In this document: piece by piece, positions 38,344 through 48,762 of the stretch | Layout: the number at the start of each line of letters is the position of its first letter | How positions within the stretch are numbered: the stretch's first letter is position 1 | Assembly (NCBI GenBank): GCA_052034235.1 | Contig: JBPOIT010000002.1 | Coordinates: 69,939-133,938 of the forward strand | DNA length: 64,000 nucleotides | Reading direction: 5' to 3' | Source of the DNA: Candidatus Levyibacteriota bacterium | GTDB taxonomy: Bacteria > Patescibacteriota > Microgenomatia > Levybacterales > UBA12049 | Position numbers and translations under genes: made by a program | The notes under the pieces: generated by a model | Databases searched by the model: none | What the model saw: only the letters and a program-made list of their open reading frames with translations | Told to the model about the DNA's origin: nothing

Positions 38344-39984
38344 ATGGATAAAGATACAACCGCAATTCCTGCAATAGAAGTGGCAGGTGAAGTAACAGAA
38401 GAAAAAGAAGAACCAGAACCTAGGCCTCTCTCGCCGCTAGCTCGCTATGTTATGGGCGCATTTTTGAAGGAGCAAGAGGACGAATTAGAAGAGAAAAAAA
38501 TAACAGTAAATCCTATTGTTACCAAATTTGCTTCATGGTACGAGAAACTCCGCAACGCGATGGAATTTCGTGAAGATGAAGTTGTGCTTCGTGCAACGAT
38601 TGAAAGAATCCTCAAACGCAGGCTGCTTCTCGGCGGAAACGGGAAAACTACAGCTGAGATCTTGATTAAAGAATTATTGTGGGCGCGCTATTTACCTGAA
38701 AATGAAATATCCGAATCTGTCGTGCATTCGGTTGAACGGACAATTGATCTCTATTTGGCTTTGCGTTTGAAAGTGATGCACCACCAACGCATGCCTGATG
38801 CTCTGGTTATTGAATGGATTTATGATCTTATGTCTTCAGACATTCAATACATCCTCAATCCAAAACGTGAAAAAGAAGTTATAGCCAATTTTATGTTTCA
38901 GGTACTCAAGGATGATGTGGAAATACTTGATGACACTGAACAAACAAAATATGCACAAGTGTTCATGGCTATCAGAAAAGCATATGCCAGAGATGATCTT
39001 GCATTTTTGCGTTATCATTTATTTAATCAATACTTCGGTAAACTATCGCATACCACGCTTGATCATACTGCCGAACATTTCAAAAAAGGGCTTGAGGAAA
39101 TTGAAAAACAGCTGACATATCCCCTTAAAGATAGAATTTATACCTACGTAAAGAAGCGAACAGCTGCGTTTTTTATTCTCGAAGATGTCATGCGCGCAAA
39201 AGATCTGCCACTTGAGTCAGTACTGACCAATGATGAAAGATTACAAGATGTCGTATTTGCGGCCTGTGATGTGAGATATCAAAGTATTACCTCCAAAGTC
39301 AAACGCGCAATTATCAGATCAGTCATCTTCATTTTTATGACCAAACTTGGATTTGCATTTTTTGTTGAGGGGACGTATGAGATTTGGCGTTACGGCGAAA
39401 TCCAATGGGCTTCAATCGTTATTAATACAACGGTTCCGCCTTTACTGATGGTAATTGTGAGTTTGTTTATTCGTACGCCTGGCATTGATAATTCCAAGAA
39501 AATCCTTGAGTACATTCAGCATTTGTTGTATCAGGAGAATCCAAGGCTTGGAAGCAAATTAACAGTTGCAAATGAATCAAATAAGAAGGCCGCGTCTGAC
39601 AAAGTCTTTAATACGCTGTGGTTTTTGGGCTTTTTACTTTCCTTTGGAGTCATTGTCTTTATTCTCTCAAATCTTCGCTTCAATATCGTCAGCCAGGGTA
39701 TCTTTATCTTCTTCCTGGCAATTGTTTCGTTCCTCTCATACAGAATTAGTCTTATCGCCGGCACCTTTAAAGTCGGGGAGAAGCAGGGTTTAACAACACT
39801 TATTGTCGATTTCCTCTTTATGCCGATAATCAGAGTCGGACGCAAGCTTACCCAAAGTATTGCGCAGGTAAACATCTTCCTCATGTTCTTTGATTTTTTC
39901 ATCGAAGCTCCATTCAAATACATCTTCGCTTTCTTCGACCAATGGTTCCACTTCCTCCACGCCAAAACAGAAGAACTCGAATAA
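38344..39984 (+). CDS. Hypothetical protein with a C-terminal multi-TM region
   Basis: 546 aa; soluble N-terminal about 330 aa followed by several hydrophobic helices. Confidence 0.45.
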   Translation: MDKDTTAIPAIEVAGEVTEEKEEPEPRPLSPLARYVMGAFLKEQEDELEEKKITVNPIVTKFASWYEKLRNAMEFREDEVVLRATIERILKRRLLLGGNGKTTAEILIKELLWARYLPENEISESVVHSVERTIDLYLALRLKVMHHQRMPDALVIEWIYDLMSSDIQYILNPKREKEVIANFMFQVLKDDVEILDDTEQTKYAQVFMAIRKAYARDDLAFLRYHLFNQYFGKLSHTTLDHTAEHFKKGLEEIEKQLTYPLKDRIYTYVKKRTAAFFILEDVMRAKDLPLESVLTNDERLQDVVFAACDVRYQSITSKVKRAIIRSVIFIFMTKLGFAFFVEGTYEIWRYGEIQWASIVINTTVPPLLMVIVSLFIRTPGIDNSKKILEYIQHLLYQENPRLGSKLTVANESNKKAASDKVFNTLWFLGFLLSFGVIVFILSNLRFNIVSQGIFIFFLAIVSFLSYRISLIAGTFKVGEKQGLTTLIVDFLFMPIIRVGRKLTQSIAQVNIFLMFFDFFIEAPFKYIFAFFDQWFHFLHAKTEELE

Positions 39985-40043
39985 CAAAGAAAATTGTAGA
40001 TTCTTTGCGAGTCATGATTTTTACTTCATATGTGATAGCATAA

Positions 40044-40934
40044 ATGCTGAGGCTCGTTTTTTTAGATAAAAAAGTGTACTTGACGAGTTTATTTTCATAT
40101 AGTAGACTGCTTTTTCTTATGAGCGCAGCAGTACTTGAACAGGCACGACCAACGATCAATGAACGTCTCAGTGTAAGGGATCGTATTAAAGTTATTTTTG
40201 TAAACACACAACCGAGAAAGGCAATTGCGGACTATGGTTTACCACCGTATGAAAATTGGATAAAGGATCATACAGGCCTTGCTCACGATCAACTTGAAAC
40301 TATTGACCTTGCAGAAGGAGATAAATTACCTGATCGAATAGAAGCAAGTGGGGTGATGGGTGGTGGATCTGGTATTGATTTTGGAGAGGGAATGATGCCT
40401 GATGCTCCCATTTTATACCGCAACCTTCATACCGCAACTGATAGACCGTTTTTTGGTATTTGTTATTCACTACATGCGGCGGCACATGGTTTGGGTGGAA
40501 CAGTAGAAAGAGGAGCAAAAGGGAGAAGATTTGGAATTGAGAGAGCATCCTTGACGACAGCAGGTCGGGATCACCCTATGTTTAATGGCGTTCCTGATGA
40601 ATTTGACATATTTACAAGTCATAAAGATGTTGTAACAAGCTTGCCTCAAACGGCTAATGGCCATCCTGTCGTTGAACTTGCAAGAGGCGCAGCATATCCA
40701 TTCCTTGCTGTTGGAGCGGGGGAAACATGGCTTATCCAGGATCATTTTGAAGTAAACCCTTTCGTTATGGAAAAACTTACTCGAGTCAGGACTGAAGAAC
40801 TACGAGAGGAAGGTATTTTGGGAGAAACACCTGATCATGTAGAAGCTTTTGTAGCAGATCTGCACACACGTTATGAAGAAATAAGATTGACAAATCAGCA
40901 GATAGGTCATAATTGGGTACGCTCATTGCTTTAA
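40044..40934 (+). CDS. Class I glutamine amidotransferase-like protein (start may be MSAAV at about 40119)
   Basis: FFGICYSLH nucleophile-elbow-like motif (GxCxG.) and a C-terminal His/Glu region. Confidence 0.45.
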   Translation: MLRLVFLDKKVYLTSLFSYSRLLFLMSAAVLEQARPTINERLSVRDRIKVIFVNTQPRKAIADYGLPPYENWIKDHTGLAHDQLETIDLAEGDKLPDRIEASGVMGGGSGIDFGEGMMPDAPILYRNLHTATDRPFFGICYSLHAAAHGLGGTVERGAKGRRFGIERASLTTAGRDHPMFNGVPDEFDIFTSHKDVVTSLPQTANGHPVVELARGAAYPFLAVGAGETWLIQDHFEVNPFVMEKLTRVRTEELREEGILGETPDHVEAFVADLHTRYEEIRLTNQQIGHNWVRSLL

Positions 40935-40999
40935 GATATTAGGGCTTAAAAACTTCCTTGACAGCATAGATTACTTCCTGCTAATATGGGTAGACACTT

Positions 41000-41323
41000 A
41001 TGGCAGATCAAACATTTACTGACGCAAATTTCCAGAAAGACGTACTCGGCAATGACAAGCCTGTTGTTGTTGATTTTTGGGCTCCTTGGTGTGGACCATG
41101 CAAAGTTGTTGGACCGACAATTGAAGAACTTGCAAAAGATTACGATGGTAAAGTCGTTGTCGGTAAAATGAATGTTGATGAGAATCCTCAGGCAGCAGGG
41201 CAGTACGGTATTATGAGTATCCCAACCGTTATGGTTTTTAAAGGTGGAAAGCCTGTTAAATCCCTCGTTGGAGCGCAAGGTAAAGAAACTTACAAAAAAG
41301 CAATTGATGAATCAATTAGCTAG
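41000..41323 (+). CDS. trxA: Thioredoxin
   Basis: WAPWCGPCK active site; 107 aa. Confidence 0.95.
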   Translation: MADQTFTDANFQKDVLGNDKPVVVDFWAPWCGPCKVVGPTIEELAKDYDGKVVVGKMNVDENPQAAGQYGIMSIPTVMVFKGGKPVKSLVGAQGKETYKKAIDESIS

Positions 41324-41422
41324 TTTGTACAGTTAAGATTTACGAATTAAGATTCAAGAGCTTCGTATTTACCTCAAGATTACTATTCTTAAATCTAACA
41401 TCTTGAATCTTACAGCAAATCT

Positions 41423-42334
41423 ATGTACGACGTAATCATTATCGGTTCAGGCCCCGCAGGTCTCACAGCAGCAATTTATACCACACGTGCCAATCTTAAA
41501 ACACTTGTGCTTGCAGGCATTAAATGGGGTGGACAACTGCAGCTCACCTCACTGGTTGAAAATTTTCCAGGGTTTCCTGAAGGTATTCAGGGTCCTGAGC
41601 TTATGAGTAATATGCGAAAGCAAGCTGAACATCATGGTGCTGAGATTGTTGAAGGAGAGTTTACGAGCGGTGACTTTACGACGCGTCCTTTTAAAATCAC
41701 ATCAGGAGATAAAACCTATGAAGCCAAATCAGTTATTCTCGCTTCAGGTGCTGACGCTCGTTGGCTTGGCGTACCAGGAGAAGAAGAAAAAATCGGTAGA
41801 GGCGTTTCGTCATGTGCTACTTGTGACGCTGCCTTTTTCCGAAATAAAAATGTGATCGTTGTCGGCGGTGGCGATAGTGCTATGGAAGAAGCTTCAGTTA
41901 TTTCTCATGTTGCAAACAAAGTACATTTGCTTCACAGAGGTGATTCTTTCCGTGCAAGCCAAATCATGCAGGATAGAGTAAAGGAAAATCCAAAAATTGA
42001 AGTACATTATAATACCCAGATCACTGAAGTCATGGGGGAATTTAAAGTTGAAAAAGTAAAACTCCTTAATAATAAGACCAACGAGGCAAGTGAACTGCCA
42101 ATTGATGGCGTTTTTGTGGCTATCGGCCATATACCAAATACAAAAGCATTCCAAGGCATTACGCTTGATGAACAAGGTTATATAAAGGTGCAAGACCATT
42201 TCCATACCAATGTTGAAGGTGTTTTTGTCGCTGGAGATGTCCATGATCGCCAATATCGCCAGGCAATAACCGCATCAGGTTTTGGTGCAGCAGCAGCACT
42301 CGAAGCAGAGCGTTGGCTTACCAAACAAAAATAA
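41423..42334 (+). CDS. trxB: Thioredoxin-disulfide reductase
   Basis: FAD motif IIGSGPAGLTAA; redox-active SCATCDAAF; NAD(P) motif VVGGGDSAMEEA. Confidence 0.9.
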   Translation: MYDVIIIGSGPAGLTAAIYTTRANLKTLVLAGIKWGGQLQLTSLVENFPGFPEGIQGPELMSNMRKQAEHHGAEIVEGEFTSGDFTTRPFKITSGDKTYEAKSVILASGADARWLGVPGEEEKIGRGVSSCATCDAAFFRNKNVIVVGGGDSAMEEASVISHVANKVHLLHRGDSFRASQIMQDRVKENPKIEVHYNTQITEVMGEFKVEKVKLLNNKTNEASELPIDGVFVAIGHIPNTKAFQGITLDEQGYIKVQDHFHTNVEGVFVAGDVHDRQYRQAITASGFGAAAALEAERWLTKQK

Positions 42335-42362
42335 CGTTTCATAACGTGAGACAAACCCACTA

Positions 42363-42391
42363 TTGACACCCTCTGGAGGCTATGGTAAGAT
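42363..42391 (+). promoter_or_regulatory. Sigma-70-like promoter (TTGACA-N17-TAAGAT), candidate rRNA operon promoter
   Basis: TTGACA at 42363-42368, 17-nt spacer, TAAGAT at 42386-42391; about 180 nt upstream of tRNA-Ala-23S-5S. Confidence 0.4.
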
Positions 42392-42567
42392 ATCCTTTAC
42401 GAACCGAAGAAAACGTTGTTTATGATAATTTCGAAACATATTTGTTTGAAACTTCGAGTCGCCTAGTGCGACCATATTGACTTCATAACACTACGCTTTT
42501 CTCACGGTTTATTTGACAAGATACGTAATTTCGTGGACGCAAGAGGTTTTTTTGTAGTTTGACAACT

Positions 42568-42640
42568 GGGCTCGTAGCTTAGCTGGTAGAGCGCATCATT
42601 TGCAATGATGAGGTCGAGAGTTCGAATCTCTTCGAGTCCA
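42568..42640 (+). tRNA. tRNA-Ala, anticodon TGC
   Basis: GGGCTCG-TA-GCTT-AGCTGGTA-GAGC-G-CATCA-TTTGCAA-TGATG-AGGTC-GAGAG-TTCGAAT-CTCTT-CGAGTCC-A; G3:U70 alanine identity pair present. Confidence 0.9.
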
Positions 42641-42706
42641 CAATACTCAGTCTCTGAGACAAGCCCTCTAGTAAGAGAGGGTTTATCTGAGAAGACTGAT
42701 TGCTTA

Positions 42707-42718
42707 GTTCTTTAACAA
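42707..42718 (+). promoter_or_regulatory. boxA-like antitermination element (GTTCTTTAACAA) in the tRNA-23S spacer
   Basis: Matches the boxA consensus GCTCTTTAACAA at 11 of 12 positions, located in the rRNA leader. Confidence 0.45.
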
Positions 42719-43304
42719 GTGAAGAGAATATCCTGTATTACCCCGTCAGCCGACGGGTTGATTCAGGATAAAAAACGTCTTAGTACTACGTTTCGCATGC
42801 GCGTGATCGTAGTACTTAATAAATTTATTATTAATGCCAACAACGGATGCCTAGGAGATTTTGACCGAGGAAGGACGCAGACGGCGGCGATACTCGTCGG
42901 GGAAGTGCCATCAACTTTTGATCCGGCGGTTTCCGAATGGAGCAATCCCTCCCATACGGGAGAGCCACGCGTGAAGTTAATTCCGCAAGGAGTTATATTA
43001 GCGTTTGGCTGGGAACGGCGTGAACTGAAACATCTTAGTAACGCCAGGAATATAAATCATATGAGATTCCGTCAGTAGCGGTGAGCGAAAGCGGAAAAGG
43101 CTAAACCACTTTAAGTGGGGTTGCAGGGCAGACGATATTCGAGTGTAGCAGGTAGCAGAAAGGTCCGGAATGGCCTTCCAAAGAGAGTGAAAGACTCGTA
43201 TGCGAAACTTTCTACACCGATAGTTTGTTCCTAAGTACCATGGAGCACGATAAACTTTGTGGGAATCTGGGTCGACCACGATCCAAGCCTAAATATCAAA
43301 ATCT

Positions 43305-43343
<39 letters not shown>

Positions 43344-43915
43344 CACCCCGGAAGGGGAATGAAATAGAACTGAAATTGTTGGCTAACAAGCAGCCAGAGT
43401 CCGCAGCAATGCAGGATGATGGTGTGCCTATTGAAGAATGAGCCGGTGAGTTTTTGAATACTGCTCGTTTAACCAATTTTCATTGGGAAGACATAGTGAA
43501 AGCGAGCCCTAACTGGGCTATTTACGTAGTATTCATAAAACCCGAAACTGGGTGAGCTAACCTTGAGCAGGTTGAGTCTCGAGTAATATCGAGAGGAGGA
43601 CCGAACTCGTGTCCGTAGCAATGGGCTGAGATGACTTGAGGTTAGGGGCAATATGCCAAACGAACCCAGAGATAGCTGGTTCTCCCCGAAATATATTAAG
43701 GTATAGCGCTGGTTATAACACAGGGGGTAGAGCACTGAATGGTTTATGGGGGGGCAACCTCTCGTAGCTTATCAAACTCCGAATACCTGTACTTGAATTC
43801 CAGTAGTCAGACTTGTCGGGCTAAGCTGATGAGTCAAAAGGGAAACAGCCCAGACTCCCAACTAAGGCCTCTAAATAGTAGCTAAGTTTTTAAGGAAGTC
43901 ACAACCCAGAGACAC

Positions 43916-43946
<31 letters not shown>

Positions 43947-44814
43947 TAAAGATAGCGTAACAGCTCACTGGCGGATGGTTTGTGGCGCCGAAAATTTATC
44001 GAGGATTAAGCTACTTGCCGAAATTGGAGAATTTATAATTTCTTAATTATAATTTGGTAGGGGAGCGTTCTATTTGCAGTGAAGTTGTGGTGTAAACCAT
44101 GGTGGAGCGGATAGAAGTGAGAATGCCGGCATGAGTAGCGCAATGCAGATGAGATATCTGCACACCGAAAGCCCAAGGTTTCCTCCGCAATGTACATCAA
44201 CGGAGGGTAAGTCGGCTCCTAAGGGTATTCCTCGTTAAAGGGGATTAGCCCGATGGACAACGCGTTAATATTCGCGTACAGGATATAAGTATTGTAAGGG
44301 GGTGACGTAGTAGGAAGTCTCAAGCATGCCGCAAGGTGTGTCCAAGCAGTAAGGTAGTGACGATAGGCAAATCCGTCGTTGTGTTTAATCGAGCTGCAAA
44401 TGAAAGTTCCCTGTTAAAGGGGGATAATTTGAACACTTTCAATTACCGGGAAAAGCCTCATTATACTTCCTTTATGGATAGTAAAACTTATGTTTTGCCG
44501 TACCGCAAACCGACACAGGTGGGCAGGTCGAGTAGACTAAGGTGATCGGGAGACAGAGGATTAAGGAACTCGGCAAAAAAGCTAGGCGTAACCTATGGGA
44601 GATGCCTCGCCGCGCGTAAAAACGCGGTTACAACAAAAGTGTACTTGGCGACTGTTTATCTAAAACACAGGTCCCTGCAAAAGCGAAAGCTAACGTATAG
44701 GGGCTGACACCTGCCCAGTGCTGGTAAGTCAAAAATCTCGGATGAAGGTAGTAATACACAGTCTAGGATTTAAGCTCCAGTAAACGGCAGCAGTAACTAT
44801 AACTGTTCTATGGT

Positions 44815-45067
44815 AACTAACTTCGTTGCCTTAGAAATAACGTGTTTTAGAAAATCCAACTATATGCTGGAATAGCTCAGTATCTGACAGTACCTGAAAA
44901 GGTAAAAATCTGATCAGTGGAGCCAATCAGCAGGGAAGATCCCGATTTAATCGGGAAACCCTCAGAGACTACATGTTGGAGTCCAGCTAGGCTGGGCAAG
45001 ATATAGTCCGACCTTTATGGCGACATAAAGAATTATAGATTACAAGGATCTATAGATTAACATATTG
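44815..45067 (+). other. Putative ORF-less group I intron/intervening sequence in 23S domain IV, near the E. coli 1931 site
   Basis: 23S collinearity breaks after ...GTAACTATAACTGTTCTATGGT(U) and resumes at (G)AGCGAAGTTCCTTGTCGGG; about 253 nt with no rRNA homology; 5' flank ends in U and the insert ends in G, as for group I introns. The exact boundaries are uncertain. Confidence 0.5.
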
Positions 45068-45074
45068 AGCGAAG

Positions 45075-45109
<35 letters not shown>

Positions 45110-45538
45110 TAGAACGACCAAGTAACTGTCTTAATCCTTTACCCGGCGAAATTGAGATGGCTGTGAAGACGCGGCCTAGGTATACATGGACAAAAAGACC
45201 CCGGGAGCTTTACTGTAGCTTGGCATTTGCAAGCTTATTTCAATTATTTAGAATAGGAGGGAGATTCGTCATCAGTGAAATACCTCTTTTTGGAATGAGT
45301 GAGCATAACTTGGACCCGCTTAAAAATACGGGCCAGGGACAGTGTCTGGTGGGCAGTTTTACTGGGGAGGTAGGCTCCTACAACGCAACGGAGCCGCGCA
45401 ATGGTTGGCTAACTCCGGATGGAAATCGGAGTGATAGTGTAAATGCACAAGCCAGCTTGACTGCGAGACCTACAAGTCGAGCAGGTACGAAAGTAGGCGT
45501 TAGTGATCCTGTGATGGATAGTGGTATCCACACAGCTT

Positions 45539-45571
<33 letters not shown>

Positions 45572-45614
45572 GATCGCATCCAAGCGTCCATAGCGACGAT
45601 GCGGTTTGGCACCT

Positions 45615-45932
45615 TAACTACAACATTGGGGCGCCTTAGAGAGTAATCTCTAAAGTCTGGTTATCAACAAACATGCAGATAGAGAATGCATAAAGATAAT
45701 AAAAATACTAGTTCAAATCGGTGAACACCAATAGTGCGAACAGCTGTTGGTCAATACCGAGATTCGACTTTATGTCGGATTGTATCGACTGATTCCTGAT
45801 TATCAAATTAGGATGAGATAGAAACTCTGTTTGGTTAAACAAACAAATTTATAGTTTTTATCATACGACTAGCTCCTCTACAATGATGAAGAGGATGAAG
45901 GTATAGTCAGCGCACATAGTAATATGTGATTG
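45615..45932 (+). other. Putative ORF-less group I intron/intervening sequence in the 23S peptidyl-transferase region, near the E. coli 2500 site
   Basis: TTTGGCACCT | 318 nt | CGATGTCGGCTCATCACATCC. The flanks rejoin to the universal GGCACCUCGAUGUCGGCUC sequence; the insert starts after U and ends in G. Confidence 0.6.
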
Positions 45933-45993
45933 CGATGTCGGCTCATCACATCCTGGAGCTGGAGAAGGTTCCAAGGGTCCGGCTGTTCGCCGG

Positions 45994-46024
<31 letters not shown>

Positions 46025-46169
46025 GCGTGAGCCAGTTCGGTCTCTATCCTGTATACCCGTGTGAGATTTGAGGAGATTCGACCCTAGTACGAGAGGACTG
46101 GGTTGAGGGAATCCCTGGTGTGTCGGTTGTTTCCCGAAAGGAGCACTGCCGAGTAGCTAGATTCCCAAC

Positions 46170-46202
<33 letters not shown>

Positions 46203-46417
46203 GCCTCCGAGATAAGATCTCGATGGATCGCAAGATCCGAAAAACCCCTTGTAGACTACGAGGTTGATAGGAGGGCAGTAGAAGTACAGTAATGTATTAA
46301 GCTTACCCTTACTAATGGTTGACAATAAATTTATTAAGACGTTTTGCCCGCCGAAAGGTTGGTTATCTCTTCACTTGCTAGGGAACTAGCATGTTAGTAC
46401 CTTTAAAGATAAAAATT

Positions 46418-46529
46418 TCTTGGTGATTTGAGCGGTGTGGCACCACCTCTTCCCTTTCCGAACAGAGAAGTGAAACACGCCAGCGCCTACGATACTGCTT
46501 TTTAGTGGGACAATAGGTCATCGCCAGGA
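46418..46529 (+). rRNA. rrf: 5S ribosomal RNA
   Basis: ...GGTGTGGCACCACCTCTTCCCTTTCCGAACAGAGAAGTGAAACACGCCAGCGCCTACGATACTG...GTGGGA...CATCGCCAGG matches 5S conserved helices and loops. Confidence 0.85.
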
Positions 46530-46565
46530 TATTTTTATCTTTAAAGAAAATTCTCTTCACACATA

Positions 46566-46592
46566 CTAACCTCCGAAAGGGGGTTTTTTTGT
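46566..46592 (+). terminator. Rho-independent terminator after 5S rRNA
   Basis: AACCTCC-GAAA-GGGGGTT stem-loop followed by TTTTTTT. Confidence 0.6.
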
Positions 46593-46619
46593 GGGAAAAA
46601 AGAAGGGGAGCGGTACTGC

Positions 46620-47411
46620 TTAATAGAAACGGACGTTGGTGGTTTGGCGGAAGGCGTTATTCAGCTGGTTTTCAAGGGTGCGTTTCGTCTTCTGTTGGTT
46701 GTAGACAGATGTGGTGCACGCATTTTTATCTGTATTATATTGTCTTCGTGTTTGTGTAATCGTGCTGAGTACTTGATTTCTTTGTGCGTTTATCTGATCT
46801 CTTTGGGCACGCAGTTGTGCTCTGGCTGCTGGCGTATTTGGATCGCTGGGGTTAAGAGCAAGCTCTTGCTGTCTGATTTGGTTTGCTGTTGCTTGTAGTT
46901 GCTGCTCATTTGCGCGAAGTTGTGCGACTTGCGATTGTGCTCGCTGTGAAAGTTGAATGCATGACTGCATGTTTGAAAGGATAGAAGCATTTATCTGATT
47001 GATTTGGTTTGTTAAACCGTTGATATCTGCACTCGGAACAGTAGTTGGCTGAATATAAGGTGTAATAAACGGCTGATTATAATAGTATCCATATGTTGGT
47101 GTGGGGGACGTATATGGCCTATGGTATTCAGTTGTCGTATTTTGTGATAAATATCTCATAATACCTGGCTGTTCAGGAGGAACTGTTCTATCGGTTATGG
47201 TTCGGGCTGTTTGCGCCTGGATTGCATGTTGGCCTGCAACAACGAGCATGTTTATGCCAAGAAGAAGAATGATCATACTCACGATGACGCCGAGGGGTTT
47301 CCAAAAAGTACTCGTCAGTGTATGATTTTTTACTGAGGCAGTTTTAGCGCGCACATTCTTCCGATTACGCTTTATATAAATATCACCGCTTTTAGAGATT
47401 AATCCACTCAT
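46620..47411 (-). CDS. Membrane-anchored Q/N-rich coiled-coil hypothetical protein
   Basis: TM segment LGVIVSMIILLLGINMLVVA followed by Pro/Tyr-rich and Gln-rich coiled-coil sequence. Confidence 0.45.
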   Translation of the reverse strand: MSGLISKSGDIYIKRNRKNVRAKTASVKNHTLTSTFWKPLGVIVSMIILLLGINMLVVAGQHAIQAQTARTITDRTVPPEQPGIMRYLSQNTTTEYHRPYTSPTPTYGYYYNQPFITPYIQPTTVPSADINGLTNQINQINASILSNMQSCIQLSQRAQSQVAQLRANEQQLQATANQIRQQELALNPSDPNTPAARAQLRAQRDQINAQRNQVLSTITQTRRQYNTDKNACTTSVYNQQKTKRTLENQLNNAFRQTTNVRFY

Positions 47412-47576
47412 ATCGTATAAATATATAAAACAATTATATCACAGATTTATATGATTTTTAAGAAATTGAGTAATATATTAGTAAGGAAAGAAGTATATGT
47501 ATGAAAATGCGAATTGCACATTATGTAAGAGAGTGCTATACTTGCCTTATCTCTTTTATGAAAGGTGGATCTATGA

Positions 47577-48710
47577 ATGACAAACGATACGACAGAATTT
47601 AATCCTATAAAATCTTCACAAGCACTTTCAGGAAGTAAGGGTGGAGCTTCGACAATGGCAGAACTTATGGCCAAACAGAAAAAAGCTGTTGTCACACTCA
47701 AAAAAGGTGAAACTGTCAAAGCCCGAATTTCTAAACTCACTCCAAACGAAATGCTTGTTGATGCCGGTGCAAAAACAGAAGCAATGGTACTCGAAAAAGA
47801 CAAGCGAATCCTCAGGACTATTCTTTCAATGTTTAAAGTAGGCGATGAAGTTGAAGTAACTGTTCTTAATCCAGAATCAGATAGCGGACAGCCGGTAGTA
47901 TCATTTAGACGTTTCCTCGGAAATCTTGCTTGGACCAAGCTCGAAGAGCTGCAAAAGAGCAAAGAGCAAATAGATGTTAATGTTACAGAATCTACCAAAG
48001 CAGGTTATCTCGTCGCAACTGATTTTGGTATTGCAGGTTTTCTTCCACAATCACACACATCATTTAATCAGCAATCAGAACTCGCAGCAGGTACACGTGT
48101 GAAAGCATCAGTTCTTGAGCTTAACAGAAAAGATAACAAAATTATTTTCTCTCAAAAAACAGCCATTACTGAAGAAGATTTTACGCATGCCATGAAACAA
48201 ATGAAGGTTGGACAAAGTGTGGATGTCACAATCGCAAATGTCACACCGTTTGGTTTGTTCGTCACATTGCCATTTAAAAAAGCAAAAGGCGAAGAATCCC
48301 TTGAAGGATTCATTCACGTTTCTGAGATTGCTTGGGAAAAAGTTGATGATTTAACCAGTGAATACACACAAGGACAAAAAATCGAAGCTGTTGTAAGTCG
48401 ATTTGATACCGAAACCCGACGCATTAATCTCTCAGTCAAGCGTTTGACAAAAGATCCGTTTGAAGAACTCATGGAAAGATATCCTGTAGACAAAAAAGTA
48501 ACAGGTACGATTACCAAAGTTGAAGAAAGTGGCATAACAATGGAACTCGAAGAAGATGTTGAAGGTATTATTAAAAAAGATAAAATACCTCCTACGACCA
48601 AATACACAGTTGGACAAAGCATCACAGCAACTGTCTCAGAACATGACAAGAAACGTCATAAAATCAGCCTCGTTCCAGTCCTCTTGGAAAAACCAATAGG
48701 CTACCGCTAA
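47577..48710 (+). CDS. rpsA: 30S ribosomal protein S1-like protein with four S1 domains (start may be the internal M at about 47655)
   Basis: Repeated S1-domain pattern (GETVKARISKLTPNEMLVDAG..., GYLVATDFGIAGFLPQS, GQSVDVTIANVTPFGLFVTL, VTGTITKVEESGITMELEE). Confidence 0.7.
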   Translation: MTNDTTEFNPIKSSQALSGSKGGASTMAELMAKQKKAVVTLKKGETVKARISKLTPNEMLVDAGAKTEAMVLEKDKRILRTILSMFKVGDEVEVTVLNPESDSGQPVVSFRRFLGNLAWTKLEELQKSKEQIDVNVTESTKAGYLVATDFGIAGFLPQSHTSFNQQSELAAGTRVKASVLELNRKDNKIIFSQKTAITEEDFTHAMKQMKVGQSVDVTIANVTPFGLFVTLPFKKAKGEESLEGFIHVSEIAWEKVDDLTSEYTQGQKIEAVVSRFDTETRRINLSVKRLTKDPFEELMERYPVDKKVTGTITKVEESGITMELEEDVEGIIKKDKIPPTTKYTVGQSITATVSEHDKKRHKISLVPVLLEKPIGYR

Positions 48711-48762
48711 ACACGAATTTTACGATTAAAAATTGTCACCTCTGTGGGTGTATAATTAAAAT

